In this document: one piece after another, positions 26,524 through 38,219 of the stretch | How the letters are laid out: every line of letters begins with the position of its first letter | Position numbering within the stretch: the stretch's first letter is position 1 | Position numbers and translations under genes: made by a program | The notes under the pieces: model-generated | Seen by the model: the letters and a program-made list of their open reading frames with translations, nothing else | What the model was told of the DNA's origin: nothing | Database searches by the model: none | From: Chara braunii | Taxonomy: Eukaryota > Plantae > Charophyceae | Direction of reading: 5' to 3' | Assembly: GCA_003427395.1 (NCBI GenBank) | Contig: BFEA01000021.1 | Location: forward strand, 2,424,510 to 2,488,509 | DNA length: 64,000 bases

Positions 26524-27684
26524 TGGAAATGCATGCAGGACAGCCGGCAGTCTTTTCTTTCCTCTCCCTTCCCTTCCCTCCCCTCGCCCCCTGGCGCATT
26601 GCGCTCCTTACCAGTACCAGCGACCCTCCTCCAGTCCCCATTCTGCAGTCCGCGTCCCGGATTCAAGAGAGCCGTGCTTTGTCACATTGCTTTCTCGAAG
26701 GTGCGCTCTCATACGTAGAAATCTGACAGCACCCAAATTTGAGAGAGGACTGTGGCGAAGCCGACTCTCAGAACGGTTTTCCTCAAGTTCTGATGTTGGA
26801 GAGCACTCCTGAAAAACAAATCATCTGGGATTGGGGAGTGGTGAGGCGAGGCCCCTATTCAGCATAAGTTATAAATGGCCATGTTTTCACATCGAGAACA
26901 TTCAGAAAGAAAGACAAAAAAAGGAGACAAAAGAGGTGAAAAGAGAGAGAAATCAAGAAAAGAGAAACGGAAGTCAGACATTTTTTGATTTTTTTTCACA
27001 TATGTTGTGTAGCGCACACTACACAGCAGGTCATATTGTTCTGAATTTCAATCAACAGGGAACAACAACAACAACAACAACAAAAAAAAAAACAAAAAAA
27101 AAAACAAAAACAACAACAGCAGCACCAACAGCAACAACAGCAGCAACAGCAGCAACAGCAGCAACAGCAGCAACAGCAGCAACAGCAAGAGCAAAACAGC
27201 AAGAGCAAAACAGCAAGAGCAACAGCAAGAACAATAACAGCAACCTATGTTGCTGTTTGAATGCTGAAAATGCGCATTCGCATTCAAACGGCCCCGTTTA
27301 AACCACCATGTGGAGCATTTAAACGCGCCACATGGCGAGAATTGGGAGAAATCTGAACGCGCGACCCCCGCCAGTGTGCGCGCGTCAATTTTCACCTGGG
27401 GGGGGCGAGGCGTTTAGGGAAAAAAAAGAAAAAAAGAGTGTACCCTGCTGACACACACACACACACCCCTTTTTTTTTTGTTTTTTTTTTTTTGTTTTTC
27501 TTCTTTCATTCGTTTTTTTTTCATGTTTTATATGTTTTGGGGTCAGGGTGGTGCTCGCACCCATTCATGACCACCCACGACCCTCCCCTTGTGCTAATCA
27601 GTCAATCAATCAATCAATCAATATCGAGCGCTTTTCAAAGTTTTCATTGATTGATTGATTGACTGGGGCGGGTCGCCCTCCCCG

Positions 27685-27726
27685 CGCGCACACACACACA
27701 CATGTGCGCACACAGACACACACACA

Positions 27727-27807
<81 letters not shown>

Positions 27808-27849
27808 CACACACACACACACACGAACACACACACAAACACACACACA
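27685..27849. repeat. (CA)n microsatellite
   Basis: Read directly from the sequence. Confidence 0.95.
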
Positions 27850-28129
27850 ATCAGTTTTATCTCTGTTAGTCTTTCTCCTGTTGTCTGTCCTCCCTCTGAT
27901 TTTTTCCAAGTATTTTTTTTTGTGTGCCCAACTGAGCACCCTTAAGTAGTGCCAAACAGTCGGTGGTTCCTCGTTTGGAGTGCCTACTGCACTCTTAAGG
28001 GGGGCGCTCGGTTTGGGATGTCTGTGTTGCCTGTGGCCCTGTGGGTGATGATGGATGCTCGTCGGATTGACTACCTGGCTTAGTGGGTGGTGGGAGCCAA
28101 CAGTCTGCGGGGTTCAATCGTGATGTGAG

Positions 28130-28800
28130 TAGGTCATGTGCTGCTTTGCTCCCCGTTGGATGTGTGGACTGCCTCGTCTGCGCTCCGCCGCTGCCTTGCT
28201 GCTTGTCCCGCTGGCTTCACATGTGGTTCTTTGCAAATTGCTGTGTTTGCGGCGTGGTGTGGTCGTGTTGTTGGTGTTGCCTTGCGCTTCGCTGCTCATC
28301 TGCCTTGCTGCTCATCTGCTGGTCGTGCCTTCCGTGTTTGCTGCTTGCGGGCATTGCTGGATGGTTGCCTTGTTCCTGGTGCCTTGTGCTTCGCTCCACG
28401 GTTGCTGAGCTGCTGGTCCGCTTGCCCTATCGTCCCTCGCATTGTGGTTACCTTGCTTGTGTTGCCTTGTGCTTCACTACACGGTTGCCGTGCTGCAAGT
28501 CCTGCGTGCCATGTCGTTCCTTGCAGTCGTTTTTGGTGTTGTGCAGCCGTGTTGCCTCTACTGTGCTGCCTGGTGCTCCACAGGTTGCCTTTCACTGGGT
28601 GTGCGTTGTTGGCTTGCGCTGTTTGCCAGCCCATGCCATCCAGCCTAGTATGTGCCTTGCTGCCTTGCGCTGTTTGTCTGTCGACCCACCTCCCCCATGC
28701 CCTCGAGCCTATGTCTTTTGCTGCACTGTCTTTCGTGCCTCACTGTTTTGTGCTGTTCGTTTGCCCACCCGCCTCCCCTGTGCCCTCCAGCCTATGTCCT
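28130..28800. repeat. Degenerate TGC/GCCTTG-rich tandem repeat
   Basis: (GTT)GCCTTGYGCTTCRCT and CCAGCCTA units recur. Low-complexity ORFs occur in all frames. Confidence 0.55.
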
Positions 28801-29274
28801 TTATTGTTTGTACTCCAACTGTTAAACTGTCAACATTCAATCCACTATGGGGTTCTGTGAGAATTGTCTTCAAGTTGTCTAGTGTATGGGTCTCTCCTTG
28901 GGGGTCGCCGGGCGGAGTACACGTTGTATTACGGAGCTACATCAGAGTGTGTTTGCACACACAGCACCACACACACACACACCTTTTTTTTTCGTTTCGT
29001 TTTCGTTTTTGTTTTTCTTTCCTCTTCTTTTATTAGTTTTTTAACTTGTCTTTCTTTTTTTTTTTTTTTTTTTTTTTTTTCCTGGGGACGGGTTGGTGCC
29101 CATGCCCCTTCCAGACCCCCCACGAACCCACCCCCGTGCCTCCACCCCCCCGGCAGCGATGCGGCGTCAGCCGCGGAATTGAACGTTGCGTTCAAGCCCG
29201 TTCATTGAACGCGTGTTCAAAGCGTTCAATTTCTGAATGCGAAACGCGCGTTCAATGAACGAGCGGTTTCATAG

Positions 29275-29591
29275 ACAGCAGCAACAACGACAACAACAAC
29301 AGCAACAACAAAAGCAGCAACAGGAACAACAGCAGCAAGAACAACAGCAGCAACAACAACAACAACAACAACAACAGCAGCAGCAGCAACAACAGCAACA
29401 ACAGCAACAACAGCAACAACAGCAACAACAGCAACAACAGCAGCAACAACAGCAACAACAGCAACAACAGCAACAACAGCAGCAGCAACAGGAACATCAG
29501 CACCAACACCAACAGCAAGATCAACAGCAGCAGCATCAACAACAACAACAACAGCAGCAGCAGCAGCAACAGCAGCACCACCAACAGCAAG

Positions 29592-29625
<34 letters not shown>

Positions 29626-29707
29626 GCAGCAGCAGCAGAAGCAGAAGCAGCAGCAACAACAACAGCAACCACAGCAGCAGCAGCAACAACAGCAGCAACA
29701 GCTGCAA

Positions 29708-29738
<31 letters not shown>

Positions 29739-29840
29739 AGCAGCACCACCAAAAGCACCACTAACAGCAGCAGCAGCCGGCGGCAGCCCCCCCACCCACC
29801 ACACCCACCCACCCAACAACAACAATAATAGCAGCAACAG
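29275..29840. repeat. (CAA/CAG)n trinucleotide array of about 550 bp
   Basis: Read directly from the sequence. A smaller related array is at 27061-27245. Confidence 0.95.
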
Positions 29841-31277
29841 AATCATGTCAGGAAATTTCCAAGACTTCAGAAAAGAACACAGCATTGCAAAGCAAGAGGA
29901 GCTCAAGTTCAACTCACTGTTCAGAAATTTGAGACCATGAACTGCTCACAACTTTTGAAGTCCAGGAACAGGTAAAGGAGGGAGGGAAAAAAAAAAAAAA
30001 TCTGCATTTGTTAGAGTATCATTTTTTAAATGATAGCACCNNNNNNNNNNNNNNNNNNNNNNNNNNNNNNNNNNNNNNNNNNNNNNNNNNNNNNNNNNNN
30101 NNNNNNNNNNNNNNNNNNNNNNNNNNNNNNNNNNNNNNNNNNNNNNNNNNNNNNNNNNNNNNNNNNNNNNNNNNNNNNNNNNNNNNNNNNNNNNNNNNNN
30201 NNNNNNNNNNNNNNNNNNNNNNNNNNNNNNNNNNNNNNNNNNNGTGGGTGGGTGTGTGGGTGTGTTACTGCCTCTGTTTATGTCTTGGCTTCTCTCTATT
30301 TCTGTCTTCGTCTCTGTCTCTGCCTGTTTTTGTGCCTATCAATCTGTCTGTCCACACGATGTGACAAGTATGCTGTGCGACAAGGACAGCCACTCTCTTC
30401 TTCCTCTACAACGGCCGTGTACGGGGATCCATAATGATGTCCACATTCTTCCAGATCTCCAAGGCATAAGTTCACAAACTCTGTACTGCTGTAATGCACT
30501 GATCCTAACAGTGCCATGAAATATACTAGAAAATTAGTAGAAATATGAACAGATGATTAAGCAAGAGAAAATCCTGCACCGAAAAAACAAAAACAAAAAC
30601 AAAAACAAAAACAGATGAGTACACTCAGTACAGCAACAGATGCTGCGAATTGATGCGTGTATAGCATTACATTTACAGGGTCCTTTGACATAGCATCGCG
30701 CTGATATCGGGTATTGTGCAGTTCACGGAAAACTGCCGAGTAATGGCAAAAGATCGCTTGCCACAGCCGTTAGCTTGCCTTCCTCCTCCCAACCCATATC
30801 CATGATTTAGCAAGCAAGATGGTGACGCAGTTCCCATCACGATGCGATCATTCCTTGCGAAGTTGTTCTAACAGTCGAGGAAACGGTGTTGTGTTGTGTT
30901 CATTCCCAATGGTGATGCGATCATTTTCCTATTCTTTGTGTGTTCAAACTTCAATCCAGGTCTTCTTTCTCCCAATGGTGTCGTGTTCAACGCATAGGAC
31001 AGACCTCATTCTTTACAAAATGAACACAAAAAGGAAAAAAGTTCAAAAAACGGCGACGGAAAAATACGGTGACATGGAAAATTATATGTGTAAGCCTGTA
31101 AGGCTGATAAATATATACAATGATAAGTAGATGGAAGTGTAAGCGAAGCATGAGGGCAGTGAAAAACGTTGCCTCCATGTGTTTGCGTGGCATAAAATAT
31201 AGGAAAATGGATGGGTGACATTGGACGTACGATTAGATGGGGGTGGACAGAGAGAGTTGGAAAGGTGTGTGTGTGTG

Positions 31278-31315
31278 CTGTCTCTTATACACATCTAGAT
31301 GTGTATAAGAGACAG
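31278..31315. other. Nextera mate-pair junction adapter (assembly artefact)
   Basis: Exact 38-nt junction palindrome. Confidence 0.98.
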
Positions 31316-31455
31316 CTGTCGGTTCACGCCCCATCACAAGCCAGCAAATATATATTATATTTATTATATATATCGTCATATATATATAGTCAAACAGAGC
31401 TGCCCGGTAAACCGTAGGCAGAGAGGGAGAAGAGGACAACAAACAAGGGGTTGTG

Positions 31456-31515
31456 GCAAACTGTTTCGTCGGAGTTTCACCGACTCATCAGGAGGCTGAA
31501 CCCTCAACAGTCTGC
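31456..31515 (-). ncRNA. Type III hammerhead ribozyme
   Basis: Minus strand: GCAGACUGU-U|GAGG-guucag-CCUC-CUGAUGA-GUCGG-ugaaacu-CCGAC-GAA-ACAGUUUGC. Stem III is 9 bp, stem I 4 bp and stem II 5 bp. The core is perfect and the GUU cleavage site lies between 31506 and 31505. Confidence 0.9.
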
Positions 31516-32290
31516 AGAATCCCCTAACTGATTACACTGTAAGTGATAATCCACCTTAATATATTATATATTTTTTATATATATCGTCACAAAATATATA
31601 TATATATATATATTACATACCAGTTACTATCCAGGAAGAGAATGGCGGAGAGACGGTTCAGTCAAGCGGAGAAGACAGGTGGGGAGAAGTGGCGATTCTC
31701 GAGCCCAATTCCACAGCTCCCGTGGATCACTCTGTACACAGTCCTAGTTTGGTGGTGCATGCATCCATCAGGACACTATTCAGTACACTGCAAGAATAGG
31801 GATTTTTGAAAAGGAGACTTAGAAAGAAAAAAGAAAAAAAAAGAAAAGAAAAGAAAAAAAAGTTAAAAAAAAGCAGAAAAAGAACAGGTCCTTACAGTCC
31901 TGGCTACCTATCCTTTCTCGGGAGCCCATCAGTCCGGTTCCTTTTCCACCGGCAAGTCAAAATTTACAACGTATACACACTCACGCTTCGTTCCATTTGG
32001 CCGGAGGACCCCTGAACAGCATTGAATACTCCTTAACAGGAGGATTGACTGTCAGCTTGCCATTCCCTTTCCCATCCCTCTTACGCCCTTTCCCGAGTCA
32101 GTCAGATTCAACTTCATTGCCCAGAAGGTCTTGGATCGATTTCTATTTTCTTTTTCATAATAATAAAGTTGTGTCGATTATTTTCAGACTTGCGATCTAT
32201 GACCGTTTGTGTATGATATCTCACCTTCTCAACATCTCTCGCAAACCACGAATCAACTCTCTCTCTCTCACTCTGTGTGTGTGTGTGTGT

Positions 32291-32397
32291 CGTCAAACAG
32301 AGCTGCCCGGTAAACCATAGGCAGAGAAGGAGAAGAGGACAACAAACGAGGGGCTGTGACAAACTATTTCGTCGGAGTTTCACCGACTCATCAGGAG
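32291..32397 (-). repeat. 5'-truncated copy of the hammerhead-bearing repeat (core and stem II kept, cleavage site lost)
   Basis: Near-identical to 31389-31494. Further copies are at 32451-32522, 37456-37559 and 37573-37624. Confidence 0.85.
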
Positions 32398-32524
32398 CCT
32401 GTACATATATTTATACATATATAATTTATAAATATATAAATATATTATATCGTAAAACAGAACTGCAGAGAGGGAGAAGAGGACAACAAACGAGGGGCTG
32501 TGACAAACTGTTTCGACGGAGTAA

Positions 32525-32594
<70 letters not shown>

Positions 32595-32595
32595 N

Positions 32596-32651
<56 letters not shown>

Positions 32652-33125
32652 TGTGTGTGGGGGGGGTGGGCAGGAGCAGCTTGGGCCCTCGTGGGGGTGG
32701 GTATGCGCGGCGAGGAGGGGGTACAAGAAAAAAAAATGCTCACCTCCGGAGCAGAGAAAACGTCGAGCAAAGGAAGGGAAGGCGGCCCCGAGGACTGGTC
32801 AAAGTGCTTTGCCACTGATTCCAAGAAATGCGTCGGTCTAAAAGGAGGGAGAAAAGACTAAGGCCATACTTCAGCCACGTTTTTTCAATTGAATCTGGCC
32901 TTAATTGTGGTCAGATCCATGCACGAAAACCGCAGCATGAGTATGCCTTCATACTGCATGGGGCAGTTCAAAGTCATAGAAATTTTGACGAGCGTGAAAT
33001 AAAATATCAAATACAGATGCTTGAGGGGGGAAAAAAAAAAAAAGAGGAAAGCGTACAGAGTTAAGACTTAAAACTTAAAAAGTATCAAAACTTCAAAAGG
33101 TGATAAAACGAACATTAAAAAACTA

Positions 33126-33357
33126 CTAGGCACAAGCTGTTCCAGTTAAGCAAGGATTCTGCCTCAGGGTTTCCTCCACGCCTCCGCTGTCCTTGCCGTC
33201 GTCAACGTGCCAACGGTGAGATTCGAACTCTGGTGGGACACGGATTCGGAGAGCTCCGAACAACTCTTTGGGAGTCGGTAGGTCCTCAAAATGCCTTTGG
33301 CGGAAATCCAACAGCAATCCACCTCCTTTATCTACGACAAAGGTTCCGCCCAATTGC
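33126..33357 (-). CDS. PRXL2B: Peroxiredoxin-like 2B / prostamide-PGF synthase-like (AhpC-TSA family), exon 3 (last)
   Basis: The acceptor TTGCAG|G completes Leu (phase 2), giving GDGL-QLGGTFVVDKGGGLLLDFRQ...TACA*. Confidence 0.85.
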
Positions 33358-33564
33358 CTGCAATCATTTGACAGACGATGAACACGACAAATAACCAACC
33401 GTCAAAACGCTGGAAACGGGGGGCGACGATAAGGGAGCCTGTTTACTATGCTTTGCACTCCAACATCATCTAAATAGTAAATAGTAAAATATTAGCTGTT
33501 GGCTGTTGACTGTTGACTGTTGACTCCTACACCGGTATTGGGTTCCCATCTCAAGGACAGCCCC

Positions 33565-34420
33565 GCTTCGGCAAAGTGTATATGGTCTTGAGCATTAGCG
33601 CGGGATCAGAATGCACACTACTGCAATGCTAAGTGCATGCTGCTGCAACGCTAAGTGCATGCTACTGCCATGCTAAGCACATGCTAATGCCATCCTAAAC
33701 GGATGTTACGACTAAGTGCATGCCACTGCCATGCTAAGCGCATTAGCATGCGCTTAGCACGGCATCAGCATGTGCTTAGCATGGCATTAGCATACAATGG
33801 CATAAGCATACAATGGCATTAACATACGATGGCATTAGCATGGTGTTAGCATGGCATTAGCATGGCATTAGCATACCATGCACTTAGCATGGCGTTAGCA
33901 TACCATGCATTTAGCATGCGCTTAGCATGGCATGAGCATGCCCTTTTGATGGCATTAACACGCCCTTAGCATGGCATGAGCACGCCCTTAGCATGGCATT
34001 AGCATGCCATGCACTCAGCATGGCATTAGCATCTCATGCACTTAGCATACCATGCACTTAGCATACCATGCGCTTAGCATGGCAGGAGTGTGCTACTCAC
34101 GCCCATCTAAACTTTGCCGAAGCATTGCAGTAGCATGCACTTGGCACTGCCGTGCTAAATGGATGCTAATACCATGCTACTGCCATGCTAATGCCATGCT
34201 AAGTGCATGCTAATGCCATGCTAAGCACACGCTAATGCCATACTAAGTGCATGCTAATGCCATACTAAGTATATGCTAATGCCATGCTAAGCACATGCTC
34301 ATGCCATGATAAATGGATGCTGCTGCAATGCTAAGTGCATGCTACTGCAATGCTTCGGCAAAGTTTAGATGGGCTCGAGTAGCAGGCTCCTGCATGCTAA
34401 GTGCATGATATGCTAAGTCT
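33565..34420. repeat. Foldback-like array of 10-11-bp GCATGCTAAGT/TTAGCATGGCA units in inverted blocks (intron 2)
   Basis: Unit orientation flips near 33740 and 34140. A roughly 70-bp inverted pair lies at 34073-34142 and 34333-34401. Confidence 0.8.
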
Positions 34421-35039
34421 AAAGGAAGGGAATAAAACTCAAATAAATCCAAAAGGGAAGGGAACAACTCTACAGGGGAAGGGACGAAGTCCAAAAGGGG
34501 GATGGGAGTAACTCCAAAAAGGAGAGGTTATACTTTGTCCACTTTCCTTTATTGGATAGCAGGACCTTCTTACCTATTAGTGTATTATACCAAATGGGGT
34601 AATCTGGCCGATAAGACGTGAGATCGTATCGAATCCTCCACGATTCTCTCTCTGTGATTGTGACAGGAAAGGGGGCGGGGGGGGGGCAGGGGCGACTTTG
34701 AAGGTTGCAACGGGGCGACAGCCTCGAGGTATCGTCACCGTAACTGACTGGCCCCAGGTAATTCAGAGTTCATTTGTTCATCTGATTCCATCAGGACTCG
34801 AGCTGAGGTCTATTTCTCAACACAGTGACTTCAAGGGTGTACCATCCAGCCACACGGGCTGGGAAGGGGTTCTGTTCCTTCACATTTTCAAACAAAAAAA
34901 AAGGAAGAAAAGAAAGCAGCATGAGACGGTATGATGACAGCGGAACGCTGGCAAGCACACAGTCCTTGCCCAGCAACAGGTGGGGGACCACACACTTTGT
35001 TCGCCAACAGATAGAGAGACAAAACATAGGACCAGCGGC

Positions 35040-35760
35040 ACAGCCATTGCACAAACATAGCACAGACATAGCACAAACATAGCACAAACATAGCACAAAC
35101 GTAGCACAAACATAGCACAAACATAGCAAAAAAGAAAAGAAAAGGCACAGACATATCACAAAGATGGCACAAACATAGCACAAGTAGAGCGCAGACATAG
35201 CACAAACATAGCATCACCAGAGCACAAACATAGCACCACCAGAGCTAGAAAACACAAGCCAGTGCACAAATATAGCACAAACGTAGCACAAACATGGCAC
35301 AAACAGAGCACAAACAGAGCACAAACAGAGCACAAACAGAGCACAAACAGAGCACAAAAAAGGCATAGACATAGCACAAATATTGCACAGACATAGCACA
35401 AGTATAGCGCAGACATAGCACAAACATAGCACCACCAGAGCTGACGAAAACACCAGCCATTGCACAAACATAGCACAGACATAGCACAAACATGGCACAA
35501 ACATGGCAAAAAAAAAAAGGCACACACATATCACAAACATNGCACAAACATGGCACAAACATGGCAAAAAAAAAAAGGCACACACATATCACAAACATTG
35601 CAGCACCACAGCTGAAGAAAACACCAGCCATTGCACGAACATAGCACAAACATAGCACAAAACAAGGCACAGACATAGCACAAATATAGCGCAGACATAG
35701 CACAAGTATAGCGCAGACATAGCACAAACATAGCACCACCAGAGTTGAAGAAAACACCTT
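35040..35760. repeat. 11-bp minisatellite (GCACAAACATA) with higher-order blocks (intron 2)
   Basis: Read directly. The spacer CACCACCAGAGCTGAAGAAAACACCAGCCATT recurs. Confidence 0.9.
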
Positions 35761-36079
35761 GCTGCTCTGGTTATATGCGTTAAGCGACGAGTTCGGGTGT
35801 ACGAACAGGACATGGAACAAACAGACTGTACCTGGCCGCCGATAGAAACAACCGAAACATTGCACACACCTCTGGTTCTGGCCCTTACGGGAAGTACTTG
35901 CAGTCAGATACATCCACTACTGGCCGTAAAAGTGGCCAGATACATCCCAGAAAGCGGTCTGAGGAGGTCAGGATTCTAACTCAGAGGTGTGAGATCACTG
36001 AGATGACAGCCAAAAGTTTCACAAAGCTTTGATGTTATATACATTTGTCGGACAAACAAGATGCGCCGTGGATACTCAC

Positions 36080-36408
36080 AGGCCATCGCCCTTCAGGTTT
36101 CCAGAGATGTTGGCGGATCTGGAAATCGCTTTCCTTGTCCGCCTGTTGAAAAACAGCTCGATGATTGCTCGAAACAGACTAAATCGCCTCAGAGCGAGAG
36201 CTCCCGGGATTTTCTTGTCCTCGTCAAGGTAGAGATCACCCGCCCAGAACCGCCCGCCAACAAAGTCATCGACATCCAAGGTTTCCAGCCCAATCCCAAC
36301 GACCCGAATGTTGTTCGCCTGTAGATGCGGCCAGGCCCGGCTCAATTCCATTGCTCCCATCCGGCATAATCGGCAACCAAACCGCCTCATTATGTGTATG
36401 ACCACCGG
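36080..36408 (-). CDS. PRXL2B: Peroxiredoxin-like 2B, exon 2 (CxxC active site)
   Basis: Acceptor TTGCAG|CCG and donor CT|GTGAGT. Encodes PVVIHIMRRFGCRLCR...VVGIGLE...GDLYLDE...ISGNLKGDG. Confidence 0.9.
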
Positions 36409-36419
36409 CTGCAACAGGT

Positions 36420-36560
36420 AAGAAGTGGATAAGAAGAAGATCAGAAGAAGATCAGAAGTGGAAAAGAAGTGGATCAGAACAAGTGGATAAAAACAAGTGG
36501 ATAAGGACAAGTGGATAAGAACAAGTGGATAAGAACAAGTAGATAAGAAGTGGATAAAAG
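36420..36560. repeat. 14-bp tandem repeat (AAGTGGATAAGAAC) followed by GGA/GAA microsatellites
   Basis: Read directly from the sequence. Confidence 0.8.
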
Positions 36561-37786
36561 GAGGAGGAGGAAGGAGGAAGGAGGAAGGAGGAAGGAGAAG
36601 GAGGAGGAGGAGAAGAAGGAGAAGAAGAAGAAGAAGAAGAAGAAGAAGAAGAAGAAGAAGAAGAAGAAGAAGGAAGAAGAAGAAGAAGAAAGGGTGCTGC
36701 ATAGATCACTCCGACAATATCCGAGCCTTCCTTCTGAGGGAGGAGAATATGATTGTGAGGGCATATTCACTATGACTTGTTGAGTGATTCTGGGAAATAC
36801 TTGCAGTCAGATACATCCACTACTGGCCGTAAAAGTGGTCAGATACATCCCGGAAAGCCCTATTGTGAGTATGGCCTGATTTTTGGAAAGTAGCATACAC
36901 AGACAAGGTTCTGCAGCCTTGCATAAAATTTACCCCCAAGCCTTGCCTTCTTCTTTCCGGTGCACCCCCCACCCACCCTCTCACTCCCACTCCTCCCTTC
37001 CCCCCCTCCCTTCCACCCTTCTCCTCCTCGCCACCCCTCCTCTTGTTGGACTTGGAATGAGATCGACACTTTCCGGAATAGCAAGGGGCCAATTGCCATG
37101 ATGTTATAGTCACAGAGAACCGGAGATTGCCAGCAAACCGTTTCTAGGTAGAAAGGGAGAAAAGAACAAGAAATGTTTGGGGAGGCTGTGGCAGACTTCT
37201 TACCTCCTTGACCTTGAGCACAGCAAGATCAGGTTTGTGATTCTGTGCGTGAAGCTCCAGTGACAGCACATCACAGCATTGCAACAAATGCCGCCAGCGC
37301 GTGTGCCCTTCCTTGCTGATGCTTCAGGACACACGTTGAACCTGGTTTAGACAAATGGTCCAGCATTTGGAACCGTGGTCGTGTTCCCTGCTATGGTTTT
37401 CTTACATACGATTGATCTGCCAGAATAAGGATATATATTAAGGATATATATATATCGTCACAAACAGAACTGCCCGGTAAACCGTAGGCAGAGAGAGAGA
37501 AGAGGACAACAAACGAGGGGCTGTGACAAACTTTTTTGTCGGAGTTTCACCGACTCATCTATATATATATATCGTCAAACCGTAGGCAGAGAGGGAGAAG
37601 AGGACAACAACGAGGGGCTGTGACGCCCCTCCAAAAAAAAAAAAAAAAAGATAAATGCCCAAAGGAGTATTAACCGATAGCGCAAAAATGTGCGCGTTTT
37701 CTGAGTACAGTGCATGCGGAAGTGTAGTCCTTGGGGGAGGGGGGGGGGGAGGAAGAAGAAGAAGAAGAAGGAAGTGTAGTGCTTGC

Positions 37787-37910
37787 GCACCTTTCTCAGC
37801 CCTCTTTTTGTGTCAAGATCAAGTACAATGTATCTGTTCCGATCGGTTTAATATCAGATCCGTGGTCCATCAGACCACATGATATTACCAAAAAAAGAAG
37901 GAAAAAAAAA
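37787..37910 (+). pseudogene. U2 snRNA-derived retrocopy (5' ~100 nt, ending before the Sm site) with an A-rich tail
   Basis: ACCTTTCTC..AAGATCAAGT..GTATCTGTTC..GTTTAATATC.GAT..GTGGTCCATCAGACCAC..GATATTA resembles plant U2. The branch-pairing GTAGTA is altered. A degenerate TSD GAAGG-N6-AGTGCTTG flanks both sides. Confidence 0.8.
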
Positions 37911-38148
37911 GAAGGTATAACAGTGCTTGTTCATTGCAAGCATGCACGACAAGCACTGTTTGGCCTCCTTTCTCTCTCTTATACTGCTGCTGCAGGAGGA
38001 GGAGATCCTGTTTTACTTCTTTTTTTTTTCCTTTCCTTTGTTTCTCAAAAAAAAGGGCCAGGGCAACTGACCTGCCCCATATCATCATGCAACTGACTTG
38101 GCCCATTCAGAATTGTCAAAATTTTAATCATTAATCATTTCTTTTCAT

Positions 38149-38219
38149 CTGGATTCGAACTCAGGTGTCTGCATTTCAACAATTCATCCAGGGGGGGTGT
38201 ACCAACTGAGCTACAGGAC
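38149..38219 (-). mobile_element. tRNA-derived SINE head or tRNA pseudogene
   Basis: Minus-strand A-box TAGCTCAGTTGG and B-box GTTCGAATCC. No complete cloverleaf. Confidence 0.6.

Noticed and set aside
29226-29912. Poly-Q, poly-L and poly-AV ORFs
   Set aside because: They are translations of a CAA/CAG microsatellite, with no domain or splice evidence.
34791-35913. Cys-rich ORFs resembling metallothionein
   Set aside because: They are products of an 11-bp intronic minisatellite and appear in all frames.
37200-37430. Nearby candidate first exons for the peroxiredoxin-like gene
   Set aside because: GT donors exist but the translations lack the expected FWxDQ context. The exon at 59260 fits better.
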